From Terriglobales bacterium (lineage in GTDB: Bacteria; Acidobacteriota; Terriglobia; Terriglobales; Acidobacteriaceae), in assembly GCA_038229415.1 (NCBI GenBank), contig JBBROM010000004.1, positions 210,343-274,342 of the forward strand: a DNA stretch of 64,000 nucleotides, written 5' to 3'. Positions 8,360 through 17,535 of the stretch are shown here, piece by piece. Numbering within the stretch: the first letter of the stretch is position 1; every line of letters begins with the position of its first letter. A program made the translations under genes and the position numbers. Below the pieces are notes generated by a model. That model was not told the origin of the DNA. It worked only from the letters and a program-made list of their open reading frames with translations, and did no database searches.

Positions 8360-10450
8360 GTGAAGATCACTCGCTGCTTTTTGCTCGCTATACTCTGTCT
8401 CACGCTCAGCAGTCTTGCCCTTGCCGATGAGGGCATGTGGCTGCTGAATGCTCCGCCGCGCGCCCGCATCAAGGCCAAGTACCACTTTGACGTGACGCCC
8501 GCCTTCCTGGAAAAACTGCAACTCGGCTCGGTGCGCTTTAACAATGGCGGCTCCGGCTCGTTCGTTTCGCCGGACGGCCTCGCCTTCACCAACCATCATG
8601 TGGGCCGCGTTTGCCTGCAGCAGCTTTCGACGGCCGCAAAAGACTTCATCAAGGACGGCTTCTACGCGAAGACGCAAGCCGAGGAAGGCAAGTGTCCTGA
8701 CCTTGAATTGAATGTGCTGCAGAAGATTGAGGACGTGACCGCGCAAGTGCAGGGCGCAGCCAAGCCCGGCATGAGCGACGCCGAAGCCGGACAAGCCCAG
8801 CGCGCCATGCAGACTGAAATCGAAGGCGATTGCAACAAGAAGACCGGGCTGCGTTGCGACGTTGTCACGCTTTATGCTGGCGGTGCTTATCACCTCTATC
8901 AGTACAAGAAGTACACCGACGTGCGCGTGGTATTCGCACCGGAAGCGCAGATGGCGTTCTTCGGCGGCGATCCTGACAATTTTGAGTATCCGCGCTACGA
9001 TCTCGACATCTGTTACTTCCGCGTCTACGAGAACGACAAGCCGGTACATCTGGAACATTATCTGGAATGGGCCAAGCGAGGCGTGAAAGATGGCGACTTG
9101 ATTTTTGTCTCCGGACACCCTGGCCGCACCGAGCGCCTGCTGACCATGGCTGAGCTCAACTTTCTAAAAGATGTACAGACCCCGCTCTTGCTCGACGTTC
9201 TGACCCAGCGCGCGCATATGTTGCACGACTTCGCCAACATGTCGGCGGAAAATGCACGAGTTTCGAGCGATGATTTGTTTGGCATTGAAAATTCGCTCAA
9301 GGCCTTCAAGGGCCGCAATCTTGGCCTGCATGACGCCGAACTGATGGGCGGAAAAGCCGAGGCGGAAGCCAAACTTCGCAAGGCGATTGACGCTGACCCC
9401 AAACTAAAGGCGGCCTATGCGGGCGCATGGGAAGCGACGGCCAAGGCGGTGGAAACAGAACGCCGTATCTATATGCCCTACTACTTTCTCGACCGGGCGT
9501 CGGGCAACCTAGTGGGCGATTTGATGGGCGACGCCAAGGCTCTGGTGCGGGTTACTGCGGAAAAGCAGAAGCCCAGTGCCAAACGTCTGCGCGAGTATGG
9601 TGATGCTCGACTTGCTTCGTTCGAGCAGGGACTGCTCTCCGAAGCGCCTGTCTACAAGTCGCTGGAAGAAGCGTCGCTGAAGAATTGGCTAAGCATGGCG
9701 CAAGCCAAGTTGGGCAATGACAATGCTGTGTTGCAAAAGATTCTGCAGGACCGCACTCCGGAAGCTGTGGCGAAAGATGCGATTGCCAACACCAAGCTCG
9801 ATCAGGTTGCCGTCCGCAAGCAGCTTTACGAGGGTGGGCCGGATGCCATCGCGGCGAGCAATGATCCGCTGATCGTGATTGCGCGGACGATTGATCCTGA
9901 CACGCGCGGGCTGCGCAAGCAGTTTGAGGATGAAGTGGATTCGGTGATCCGCCAGAACTCAACGCAGATTGCCAAGGCGCGCTTTGCGGTGCTGGGCACT
10001 GACACTTATCCCGACGCTACGTTCACTCTGCGACTGAGCTATGGCGTAGTCAAAGGCTACAGCGTGGACGGCAAGACGATTGCGCCGCTGACCAACATGG
10101 GCGGTGCTTTTACTCACGCCGCTGAAAACGGCAACAAAGACCCGTTTGAATTGCCGAAGAGTTGGTTCGACGCGAAGAGCAAACTGGATCTAAAAACGCC
10201 GTTCAACTTCGTCTCCACAGCGGACATTATTGGCGGCAACTCTGGTTCGCCGACGGTGAATCGCAAGGGCGAAGTCGTTGGCATCATCTTTGACGGCAAC
10301 ATTCAGTCGCTGCCGTGGGACTTCGCCTACGAAGACAAGGTGGGTCGTGCCGTCAGCGTAGATTCACGGGCGATTCTGGAATCCATGCGCAAGATTTATC
10401 ACGCCGATGCGTTGGCCAATGAACTGGAAGGCAAGGCCAAATCGAAGTAG
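8360..10450 (+). CDS. S46-family peptidase (dipeptidyl-peptidase 7/11-like)
   Basis: GTG at 8360 lies 8 nt after ggagac. A signal peptide is followed by the hallmark ADEGMWL. His block FTNHHV and Ser block GGNSGSP are present. The tracked ORF start at 8288 is probably an upstream extension. Confidence 0.9.
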   Translation: MKITRCFLLAILCLTLSSLALADEGMWLLNAPPRARIKAKYHFDVTPAFLEKLQLGSVRFNNGGSGSFVSPDGLAFTNHHVGRVCLQQLSTAAKDFIKDGFYAKTQAEEGKCPDLELNVLQKIEDVTAQVQGAAKPGMSDAEAGQAQRAMQTEIEGDCNKKTGLRCDVVTLYAGGAYHLYQYKKYTDVRVVFAPEAQMAFFGGDPDNFEYPRYDLDICYFRVYENDKPVHLEHYLEWAKRGVKDGDLIFVSGHPGRTERLLTMAELNFLKDVQTPLLLDVLTQRAHMLHDFANMSAENARVSSDDLFGIENSLKAFKGRNLGLHDAELMGGKAEAEAKLRKAIDADPKLKAAYAGAWEATAKAVETERRIYMPYYFLDRASGNLVGDLMGDAKALVRVTAEKQKPSAKRLREYGDARLASFEQGLLSEAPVYKSLEEASLKNWLSMAQAKLGNDNAVLQKILQDRTPEAVAKDAIANTKLDQVAVRKQLYEGGPDAIAASNDPLIVIARTIDPDTRGLRKQFEDEVDSVIRQNSTQIAKARFAVLGTDTYPDATFTLRLSYGVVKGYSVDGKTIAPLTNMGGAFTHAAENGNKDPFELPKSWFDAKSKLDLKTPFNFVSTADIIGGNSGSPTVNRKGEVVGIIFDGNIQSLPWDFAYEDKVGRAVSVDSRAILESMRKIYHADALANELEGKAKSK

Positions 10451-10471
10451 ATGTGAGTTGTGGTTTTTGTG

Positions 10472-10505
10472 CCCCGTCCGGGCTGTGCCTGGGCGGGGTT
10501 TTTAT
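10472..10505 (+). terminator. Rho-independent terminator after the S46 peptidase gene (CCCCGTCC...GGGCGGGG family)
   Basis: ccccgtccggg-ctgtg-cctgggcgggg followed by ttttta, 22 nt after the stop codon. Confidence 0.8.
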
Positions 10506-10592
10506 TTGTGGCGATGGCGAAGAATTTCTTGCGAAACTTTTCTGCGCTTCGCGTATAGTACGACTCACAAAAATTTCCCTTCGGGAGCAAGC

Positions 10593-10943
10593 ATGAAAAT
10601 TGTCATCTGGATTCTCCGCGTTCTGTTGTGCGTGGCATTCCTCAATTTCGGCATGAGGAAACTAATCGGCGACCCCATGGCCGTAGAAATGTTCGGCAAG
10701 ATCGGATTCGGCCAGTGGTTCCGCTACCTGACCGGAGTGCTGGAAGTGCTCGGCGCTTTGTGGGTGATCATCCCGCGGTTTTCGGTTGCAGGCTCTACGC
10801 TGCTGGCTTGCGTGATGGCCGGCGCGGTGTGCACGCATCTGTTTATCATTGGGATGAACCCTGTGCCAGCGCTTGTGCTGCTGTGCGTAAGTTTGCTGCT
10901 GACGTACTTGCAGCGGGATGGATTTGGCAGGTTGCTGGGCTAA
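10593..10943 (+). CDS. DoxX-family membrane protein
   Basis: The ATG at 10593 gives a ~116-aa protein with four hydrophobic segments (MKIVIWILRVLLCVAFLNFGMRKL...). The longer tracked ORF overlaps the upstream gene and terminator. Confidence 0.75.
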   Translation: MKIVIWILRVLLCVAFLNFGMRKLIGDPMAVEMFGKIGFGQWFRYLTGVLEVLGALWVIIPRFSVAGSTLLACVMAGAVCTHLFIIGMNPVPALVLLCVSLLLTYLQRDGFGRLLG

Positions 10944-10987
10944 AAGTTAGAGATATAGGATCGCGACCGATAGCCAGATTTTAGGTG

Positions 10988-11018
10988 CCCCGTCCAAGTT
11001 CAGCTTGGGCGGGATTTT
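10988..11018 (+). terminator. Rho-independent terminator after the DoxX gene (same hairpin family)
   Basis: cccgtccaag-ttcag-cttgggcggg followed by attttgg. Confidence 0.7.
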
Positions 11019-11074
11019 GGTATAACCCCGCTACACTTCTTGCTCCTTTTCCCGTCGGGTAGAATCCAAAGAGC

Positions 11075-13933
11075 ATGCAGACCCCGATTCCCCACGCGCC
11101 AGCCCTGCGCCGCAGCCTTGTACGTCTGATTTCGTTGGCGCTTTGCCTCGCGTTAGCCGGGCCGCTTCCGCTGGTGGCGCAAGACAAGCTGCCCCCAACG
11201 TTTCCGCTGCCGCAGGATTCTGGACGGGCCGCGCTCACGCAGGTGTTGCGCAAGTTGCAAAACACTGGGCGGCTGATGCAGGTGGACGCGCATCCTGATG
11301 ACGAGGATGGCGGCATGCTGACGCTGCAAGCGCGCGGACGCGGCACCAGCGTGTTGCTGCTGACCCTGACTCGTGGCGAGGGCGGACAGAACAAAACCGG
11401 CGGCAACCTTTTTGATGCGCTCGGCATTCTACGCACTGCCGAACTAACCGCGTCCAGCAAAACCTATGGTGCGCAACAGCGCTTTAGCCGGGTCGCCGAT
11501 TTCGGCTACTCCAAGACCGAAGCCGAGACGCTGGCGAAGTGGCAGAGCGAAGACGGCACTCCCGGCGGGGTGGCGCTCGAAGACATTGTGCGCGTGATCC
11601 GCACCTTTCGTCCTGACGTGCTGACCGCGCGTTTTTCGGGTACGGAAGGCGATGGCCACGGACATCACCAAGCGAGTGCGCTGCTGACGAAAGAGGCCTT
11701 TCGCGCCGCCGCTGACCCCAAACAATTTCCTGGACAGATCGCACTCGGCCTGATGCCGTGGCAGCCAGCTAAGTTTTACAACGGCGTGCTGCCATGGCTC
11801 GACAAGGCTGACTATACCGTCGCCTACAAGACGACCACGAAGGATTCCGCGTTGGGTACAACTTATGCCGCATTCGGACTCGAAGGCTTGCGTCATCAGC
11901 TTTCGCAGGGTGCCGGAGGATGGAGCCTCGGCGATGAGGATCGCTACTCGAAGTATGTGCTGCACGATACAGTCCTATCTAGACCTGCGCTGGCCGCGGG
12001 CGAACATGAAGCTGACTTATTCGATGGCATAGATATAACCCTGCCAGGTTTAGCGAAGCGCCTTGGCAGCGAGGCAGCGTACGCTCCGTTTCTTGCTCCT
12101 GTGCTGGAAGATATGCAGCGCGCCATCGCCAAAGCTGCGAAGGAGGCTGACTCCGATCCTTCCAAAGCCGTCGCGCCTTTGCTGGAAGCAGCTCAATCGC
12201 TGCAGGCGCTGCTGCCACGTGTGGAATCCGCTGCACTTACTCCTCTCGCGAAGGCCGATCTGCTTGACCGTTTGCGCGAAAAAGACGAGCAACTCAACGA
12301 TGCGATTCGGCTCAGCTTGGGTGTAACCCTAGACGCCGTGGTGCAGACAGCAGCCGCGCCCGGCGCGCCCTCTGCCTTGGATGCGCAAGCCCCGAACGTC
12401 GCAGCGCCCGGACAAGCGCTCACGGTTGTCGCGCACTTCCACAACGGATCACGTTGGAAGGTGCGTGTGGATAGCATCACACTTGATGGCCCGCCCGACG
12501 CGGGCGGAACATCAATGCCACCCGAGTCATTCGTAGAAAAAAGCTATCTCGGCCCTGATCGTGTAATAGAGCCAGGGCAGGACTACTACGCTAACTTCCG
12601 CATACGCATTCCGAAAGATGCAGCGTTCACTCGCCAGTACTGGCATCGTGAAGATCCTGAAACCTCTACGCTGAACACGGTGGACGATGCGCGCTGGCAA
12701 TCGCTGCCATTTCCGCAGCCTCCGTTTCATGCACGCGCTTCGTACTCTGTAGTGGGCCTGGATCACAAGCCGCAAGAGCTGAACTTTATCGGGCATCCGC
12801 TGTCGTTGAGCAAGGGCAAGCAGACTACAGGTGCGGAGATTGCAGCCGTCGTCACGGTGCCGTTTGTAGATGAACATGCTGCGGAGCATTCGCGTCCGCT
12901 GGCCATCGGGCCGGCGTATTCGCTGCTGCTTGATTCGCCCACGCAAGTACTGGCGGCGGGCTCGACCGCGCCGATTCACGTTGGCGTAAGCGTGCGCTCG
13001 AATCAGCCAGGTAACTCGCAAGGCAAGGTGGCGTTGTCGCTGCCGAAGGGCTGGACTAGCGAACCGGATTCGAAGGCAGTATCGTTTGCCGGGCGCGGCG
13101 ACGAAAAACGGGCGGAGTTTCTGGTACACCCCTCCAGTACGTCCGAAGGACGCGCGGAAATTTCGGCTAACTTACTGGCAGGTGGCGCATTGTATGATCT
13201 GGGTTACTCGCTGGTAACTCGCGCGGACTTGGACGCTTTCTATTATTATCAGCCTGCGCTGCAGCGAGTGCGGATTGTAAATGTCAAACTGCCTGAGCAT
13301 CTCGCGATCGGTTATGTCACAGGCGCGGGCGATACCATTCCCACTGCGCTCAAACAGCTTGGCATGGATGTAACTGCGATTACTCCGGATGAGCTTACTC
13401 CGACGAGCGCCAAGCCGCTTGATCTTGGTCGCTTCCAGACGATCGTGCTTGGTATTCGCGCCTATGAAGTGAGCAAAGATTTGTCCGCTGCGAACTCTAA
13501 GCTACTCGAATGGGTCAAGCAAGGCGGCACACTCATCGTGCAATATAATGCCGATGTCGCTGCATTCAACACTGCTAAGGTTACGCCTTACCTACTTACT
13601 CTAAGCCGGACGCGAGTCAGTGTGGAAGAAGCGCCGATGGAAGTGCTGAAGCCGAAAGACTCGCTGTTCCAGACGCCGAATGTGATTACCCAGTCAGACT
13701 TTGACGGCTGGGTGCAGGAACGCGGCCTCTACTTTGCCAGCGAATGGGACAAGGCGTTCGAGCCGCTACTAAGTTGCAACGATCCCGGCGAAAAACCACA
13801 ACAAGGCGGGCTGTTGCGCGCGCGTTACGGCAAAGGCCTGTATATCTACACTGGATACGCTTTCTTCCGCCAGATTCCGGCAGGCGTGCCGGGGGCGGTG
13901 CGGCTGTATGTGAACTTACTGGCCCAGAAGTAG
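11075..13933 (+). CDS. Large PIG-L/LmbE-family deacetylase with additional C-terminal domains
   Basis: Signal-like N-terminus. The PIG-L signature is VDAHPDDEDGGMLT...LTLTRGEGG, followed by a later HGHH block. The C-terminal ~200 aa resemble a class-I glutamine-amidotransferase-like/ThuA-like fold (RFQTIVLGIRAY...GGTLIVQYN). Confidence 0.85.
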   Translation: MQTPIPHAPALRRSLVRLISLALCLALAGPLPLVAQDKLPPTFPLPQDSGRAALTQVLRKLQNTGRLMQVDAHPDDEDGGMLTLQARGRGTSVLLLTLTRGEGGQNKTGGNLFDALGILRTAELTASSKTYGAQQRFSRVADFGYSKTEAETLAKWQSEDGTPGGVALEDIVRVIRTFRPDVLTARFSGTEGDGHGHHQASALLTKEAFRAAADPKQFPGQIALGLMPWQPAKFYNGVLPWLDKADYTVAYKTTTKDSALGTTYAAFGLEGLRHQLSQGAGGWSLGDEDRYSKYVLHDTVLSRPALAAGEHEADLFDGIDITLPGLAKRLGSEAAYAPFLAPVLEDMQRAIAKAAKEADSDPSKAVAPLLEAAQSLQALLPRVESAALTPLAKADLLDRLREKDEQLNDAIRLSLGVTLDAVVQTAAAPGAPSALDAQAPNVAAPGQALTVVAHFHNGSRWKVRVDSITLDGPPDAGGTSMPPESFVEKSYLGPDRVIEPGQDYYANFRIRIPKDAAFTRQYWHREDPETSTLNTVDDARWQSLPFPQPPFHARASYSVVGLDHKPQELNFIGHPLSLSKGKQTTGAEIAAVVTVPFVDEHAAEHSRPLAIGPAYSLLLDSPTQVLAAGSTAPIHVGVSVRSNQPGNSQGKVALSLPKGWTSEPDSKAVSFAGRGDEKRAEFLVHPSSTSEGRAEISANLLAGGALYDLGYSLVTRADLDAFYYYQPALQRVRIVNVKLPEHLAIGYVTGAGDTIPTALKQLGMDVTAITPDELTPTSAKPLDLGRFQTIVLGIRAYEVSKDLSAANSKLLEWVKQGGTLIVQYNADVAAFNTAKVTPYLLTLSRTRVSVEEAPMEVLKPKDSLFQTPNVITQSDFDGWVQERGLYFASEWDKAFEPLLSCNDPGEKPQQGGLLRARYGKGLYIYTGYAFFRQIPAGVPGAVRLYVNLLAQK

Positions 13934-13936
13934 AAC

Positions 13937-14057
13937 ATCTACCACGGAGGCACGGAGACACGGAGGAAAGCAACAAATGATTTCTTCTAAGTGCCCTGAG
14001 ATATTAGCTATTGCATAACTCGAAATCGGAGTTTTTCTCTGTGTCTCCGCGGTAGAT
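13937..14057. repeat. Long imperfect inverted repeat filling the PIG-L / APC permease intergenic gap
   Basis: The left arm atctaccacggag(gcacgg)agacacggag pairs with the right arm ctctgtgtctccgcggtagat. The loop is ~70 nt and AT-rich. The right arm ends 12 nt before the ATG at 14069. Confidence 0.7.
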
Positions 14058-14068
14058 ATTAGCTAGCC

Positions 14069-15541
14069 ATGCCAACACCGCCTCAGCCCGCGCTTGTCCG
14101 TGACCTGACGCTTCGTCAGGCTACTTCGCTTAACATGATTGACATGATCGGCGTGGGCCCGTTTCTTACCATTCCGCTGATGCTCTCGGCGGCGGGTGGA
14201 CCGCAGGCTATGCTGGGGTGGATTCTCGGCGCGCTACTGGCAGTGTGCGACGGACTTATCTGGGCTGAGTTAGGTGCGGCCATGCCGCAGGCGGGCGGAT
14301 CGTATCGCTACATCCGCGAGATCTATGGTGCCCGCAAGCTGGGGCGTTTGCTGTCGTTTCTATTCATCTGGCAGCTTTCTTTTTCCGCTCCGCTTTCCAT
14401 TGCTTCGGGATGTATCGGACTCTCGCAATATGCTTCCTACATCTTTCCGAGCCTTTCGCATGAAATTTTCGCGCACACGCTCTCGCTTAATCTGCCACTG
14501 ATTGGTGTGCTGGACCTGCGCACGGTGGCCACCAGCGGCACGTTCGTCGCGCTCGGCTTGCTCGCCTTCACGGTATTTTTGCTCTATCGCCGCATCAGCG
14601 CGATTGGACGCTTCTCTAGCTTGCTGTGGGCGGGCGTGATGCTCACCATCGCGTGGATTTTGTTTGCTGGCATCACCCACTTCAACCCTGCGCTGGCTTT
14701 TGACTTTCCTCCCGGCGCATTCTCGCTGACGCCTGCATTCTGGCAGGGCTTGGGCGCTTCCATGCTGATCGCCGCCTACGATTATTGGGGCTACTACAAC
14801 GTCTGCTTTCTCGGCGGCGAGGTCCGCGACCCGGTCCGCACGATTCCGCGCGCGCTTCTGCTTTCCATTGTCATCGTCGCGTGTCTATATGTAGTGATGA
14901 ACATCAGCATTCTGGGCGTGGTTCCGTGGCGCGAGGCCGCCACGCTGAATCCCGGCGGCGCTCCGTTCTACATCGTCTCCACGTTTATGCAGCGGATTTA
15001 TGGCGGCTGGGCGGGGCAACTCGTCGCGGTGCTCATTATGTGGACGGCGTTCGCCTCGGTGTATTCCCTGCTGCTGGGCTACTCGCGCGTGCCTTATGCA
15101 GCGGCGCTTGATGGTAACTATTTTTCCGCACTCGCGCGTGTGCATCCCGAACATCGCTTCCCACATATTTCTCTGCTGATGCTGGCGTCGGTGGCTGCGC
15201 TATGCTGTTTCTTGCGGTTAGGTGACGTGATTAAGGCTCTGGTGGTGATTCGTATTCTGTTGCAATTCCTGGTGCAAGGTTTCGGTTTGTTGTGGCTGCG
15301 TTTCCGTAGGCCTGAGTTTCCGCGTCCGTTCCGCATGTGGCTGTACCCGATTCCAGCGCTGGTTGCGATTGCCGGATTCATCTTCATCCTGTTTGGCCGC
15401 CAGAACTTTCAGCGCGAGATAAAATTAGCTTCGGTGATCCTTTTCGCAGGTCTTACGGTGTATTTCGTGCGCGCCTTCCGCAGTGGCGACTGGCCCTTCG
15501 CTCGTGCAACTACCCCCGGCGCAGAAGGCGAGGCCCTGTGA
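14069..15541 (+). CDS. APC-family amino acid/polyamine permease
   Basis: 490-aa polytopic membrane protein. The N-terminal block LSLNMIDMIGVGPFLTIP and an overall 12-TM pattern are typical of the APC superfamily. Confidence 0.85.
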   Translation: MPTPPQPALVRDLTLRQATSLNMIDMIGVGPFLTIPLMLSAAGGPQAMLGWILGALLAVCDGLIWAELGAAMPQAGGSYRYIREIYGARKLGRLLSFLFIWQLSFSAPLSIASGCIGLSQYASYIFPSLSHEIFAHTLSLNLPLIGVLDLRTVATSGTFVALGLLAFTVFLLYRRISAIGRFSSLLWAGVMLTIAWILFAGITHFNPALAFDFPPGAFSLTPAFWQGLGASMLIAAYDYWGYYNVCFLGGEVRDPVRTIPRALLLSIVIVACLYVVMNISILGVVPWREAATLNPGGAPFYIVSTFMQRIYGGWAGQLVAVLIMWTAFASVYSLLLGYSRVPYAAALDGNYFSALARVHPEHRFPHISLLMLASVAALCCFLRLGDVIKALVVIRILLQFLVQGFGLLWLRFRRPEFPRPFRMWLYPIPALVAIAGFIFILFGRQNFQREIKLASVILFAGLTVYFVRAFRSGDWPFARATTPGAEGEAL

Positions 15542-15546
15542 GCGAT

Positions 15547-16818
15547 ATGCCGTTAGTACAACCAGTTTCCGTGCCCGTGCCTAAAACTATCTCTGCATTC
15601 GCGCCGCTGCGCGAGCCGCTGTTCCGCATCCTGTGGATCGCCGCCGTTATCAGTTACATCGGAACGTGGATGCAGCGCATCGGCGCGGCTTGGCTGATGA
15701 CGCAGCTGACGACATCGCCGCTGCTGGTCGGACTTGTGCAAGGGTCGGCGGGGTTGCCTGCATTTTTATTCATGCTTCCGGCGGGCGCGCTGGCGGACAT
15801 GATGGATCGCCGGAAGCTGCTGCTCTATACGCAGTGGTGGATGGTGTTCGCTGCGCTCGGCCTCGGCATTCTTACGGTGATGCATCTGACGACGCCGTTC
15901 CTGCTGATTCTGTTCACGTTCCTGCTGGGCATTGGCGCGGTTCTGAATGATCCCGCGTGGCAAGCTGTTACACCGGAGGTCGCGAGGCCTGAACAGCACG
16001 CCGCGGCCGTCGCGCTCAACTCCGCCGCCTTCAACGTAGCCCGAGCCGTTGGCCCGGCGCTCGCCGGGATCGTTGTCGCCGCCAGCGGCAGCGGCTTGGC
16101 GTTTCTCATCAACGCGGCCTCGTTCTTTGGCGTGATTGTTTTTCTGTATTGCTGGAAGCGCCCGCAAACCGTGCGCGCGGTCCCGGTCAACATCCTCGGC
16201 AACATGGGCAGCTTTATTGCGGATGGCATTCGCCATGCTTCTGGATCACGCCATGTGAAGAGTGTGCTGATTCGCAGTGTTGCCTTCAGCAGTTGCGGAG
16301 TAGCGTTGCTCTCGCTTTTGCCGATCGTCTGCCAGCCTTACGGTGCCACCGGATTCGGGCTATTGTGGGCGTTCTTTGGCATCGGGGCGCTTAGCGGCGC
16401 ATTCGTGCTCGCCCGCCTGCGTCGCCACTTCTCGCTGGATGTTACTGTCGCTGCCGCCATCGCCGTATTCGCGGTTATGACAGGATCGCTTGGCCACGCC
16501 CCCAACTTCTCCGTCCTGTGCGGCATCACCTTTGTATCTGGCATGGCGTGGATCGTGATTCTCGCGAGCCTAAACGTTACTGCGCAAACCATGTGTCCTC
16601 CGGCGATGCGGGCGCGCGCGATTTCACTTTACCTCTTAGTGTTGCAAGGCGGCATGGCGCTTGGCGCGACAGTTTGGGGAGCCATTGCATCGCGCGTTGG
16701 CATTTCCACCGCCTTGGTTGTCGCGGGCGTTGCTCTGGTTGCCGGACTCGCGCTGGTGCCTACACACCGCTTGGTCGCGCAGCCACTCACCGAACCCGCT
16801 GCTCTGGTTCCGGAGTAG
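15547..16818 (+). CDS. MFS transporter (EntS/MFS_3-like)
   Basis: The ATG at 15547 lies 6 nt after the APC stop codon. The 12-TM profile includes blocks FRILWIAAVISYIGTWMQ and LPAGALADMMDRRKLL. The tracked 5' extension overlaps the upstream gene. Confidence 0.85.
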   Translation: MPLVQPVSVPVPKTISAFAPLREPLFRILWIAAVISYIGTWMQRIGAAWLMTQLTTSPLLVGLVQGSAGLPAFLFMLPAGALADMMDRRKLLLYTQWWMVFAALGLGILTVMHLTTPFLLILFTFLLGIGAVLNDPAWQAVTPEVARPEQHAAAVALNSAAFNVARAVGPALAGIVVAASGSGLAFLINAASFFGVIVFLYCWKRPQTVRAVPVNILGNMGSFIADGIRHASGSRHVKSVLIRSVAFSSCGVALLSLLPIVCQPYGATGFGLLWAFFGIGALSGAFVLARLRRHFSLDVTVAAAIAVFAVMTGSLGHAPNFSVLCGITFVSGMAWIVILASLNVTAQTMCPPAMRARAISLYLLVLQGGMALGATVWGAIASRVGISTALVVAGVALVAGLALVPTHRLVAQPLTEPAALVPE

Positions 16819-16856
16819 AATTTTACTGACCCTGCTCGACATCCAAGGAGAACTCA

Positions 16857-17420
16857 ATGCGCCGACTTGCCCTACTCATGCTGCTACTGACTGCGTCCTT
16901 CGCCTTCGCGCAAGATGCCAATTCCAACGCTAAGAAGGAACCGCCGACGGTCGCCTCCGTCCTTGATCGCAGCTATTCCGGCATCGAAGGCGAATTGGTG
17001 CCCGCAGTGGAAGCCATGCCAGAAGAGAAACTCAACTTCGCTCCCACGGCCGGCGAGTTCAAGGGCGTTCGCACCTTTGCGCAACAGGCCAAGCACATCG
17101 CGGCGGTGAACTATCTGATTGGCGCGTCCCTGCTGGGTGAGAAAGCACCGGTGGATACCGGCGGAGAAAGCGGCCCGGACGCGATCAAGACCAAGGCGCA
17201 GGTCGTCCAGTTTCTGAAAGATTCATTCGCCTACGGACACAAGGCAATCGCCACGGTCACCGCGGCGAATCAGCTGGGGAATGTGAAGAGTCCATTTGGC
17301 GAGGGAGAGATGAATCGGCTAAGCCTGGCGGGCATTCTGACTTCGCATGGCTTTGACCATTACGGCCAGATCGTCGTTTACTTGCGGATGAATGGGATTA
17401 TTCCGCCCGCCAGCCGGTAG
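16857..17420 (+). CDS. Secreted DinB-family protein
   Basis: RBS aaggag, a signal peptide (MRRLALLMLLLTASFAFAQ), and a DinB-type C-terminal His block (LTSHGFDHYGQIVVYLRMNGIIPP). Confidence 0.8.
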   Translation: MRRLALLMLLLTASFAFAQDANSNAKKEPPTVASVLDRSYSGIEGELVPAVEAMPEEKLNFAPTAGEFKGVRTFAQQAKHIAAVNYLIGASLLGEKAPVDTGGESGPDAIKTKAQVVQFLKDSFAYGHKAIATVTAANQLGNVKSPFGEGEMNRLSLAGILTSHGFDHYGQIVVYLRMNGIIPPASR

Positions 17421-17535
17421 TAGCTCGTTAACGGAACATAAGAGGCAGGCCACGCGGCCTGCCTTTTTGCTTTCCTTCCCGCTCCGCCTTCGCTATTATG
17501 TGCCGTCTGATACTTCTGCTGGACTGGACGCCCTT

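Noticed and set aside
15337-15546. Long N-terminal extensions in the ORF track (also 8288-8359, 10407-10592, 17392-17535, 28060-28197, 28785-29012, 42937-42975, 47254-47289, 63414-63533)
   Set aside because: The extensions overlap upstream genes or terminators and translate to non-membrane, Arg-rich sequence. Internal starts give proper signal peptides or RBS spacing and are in frame by codon arithmetic.
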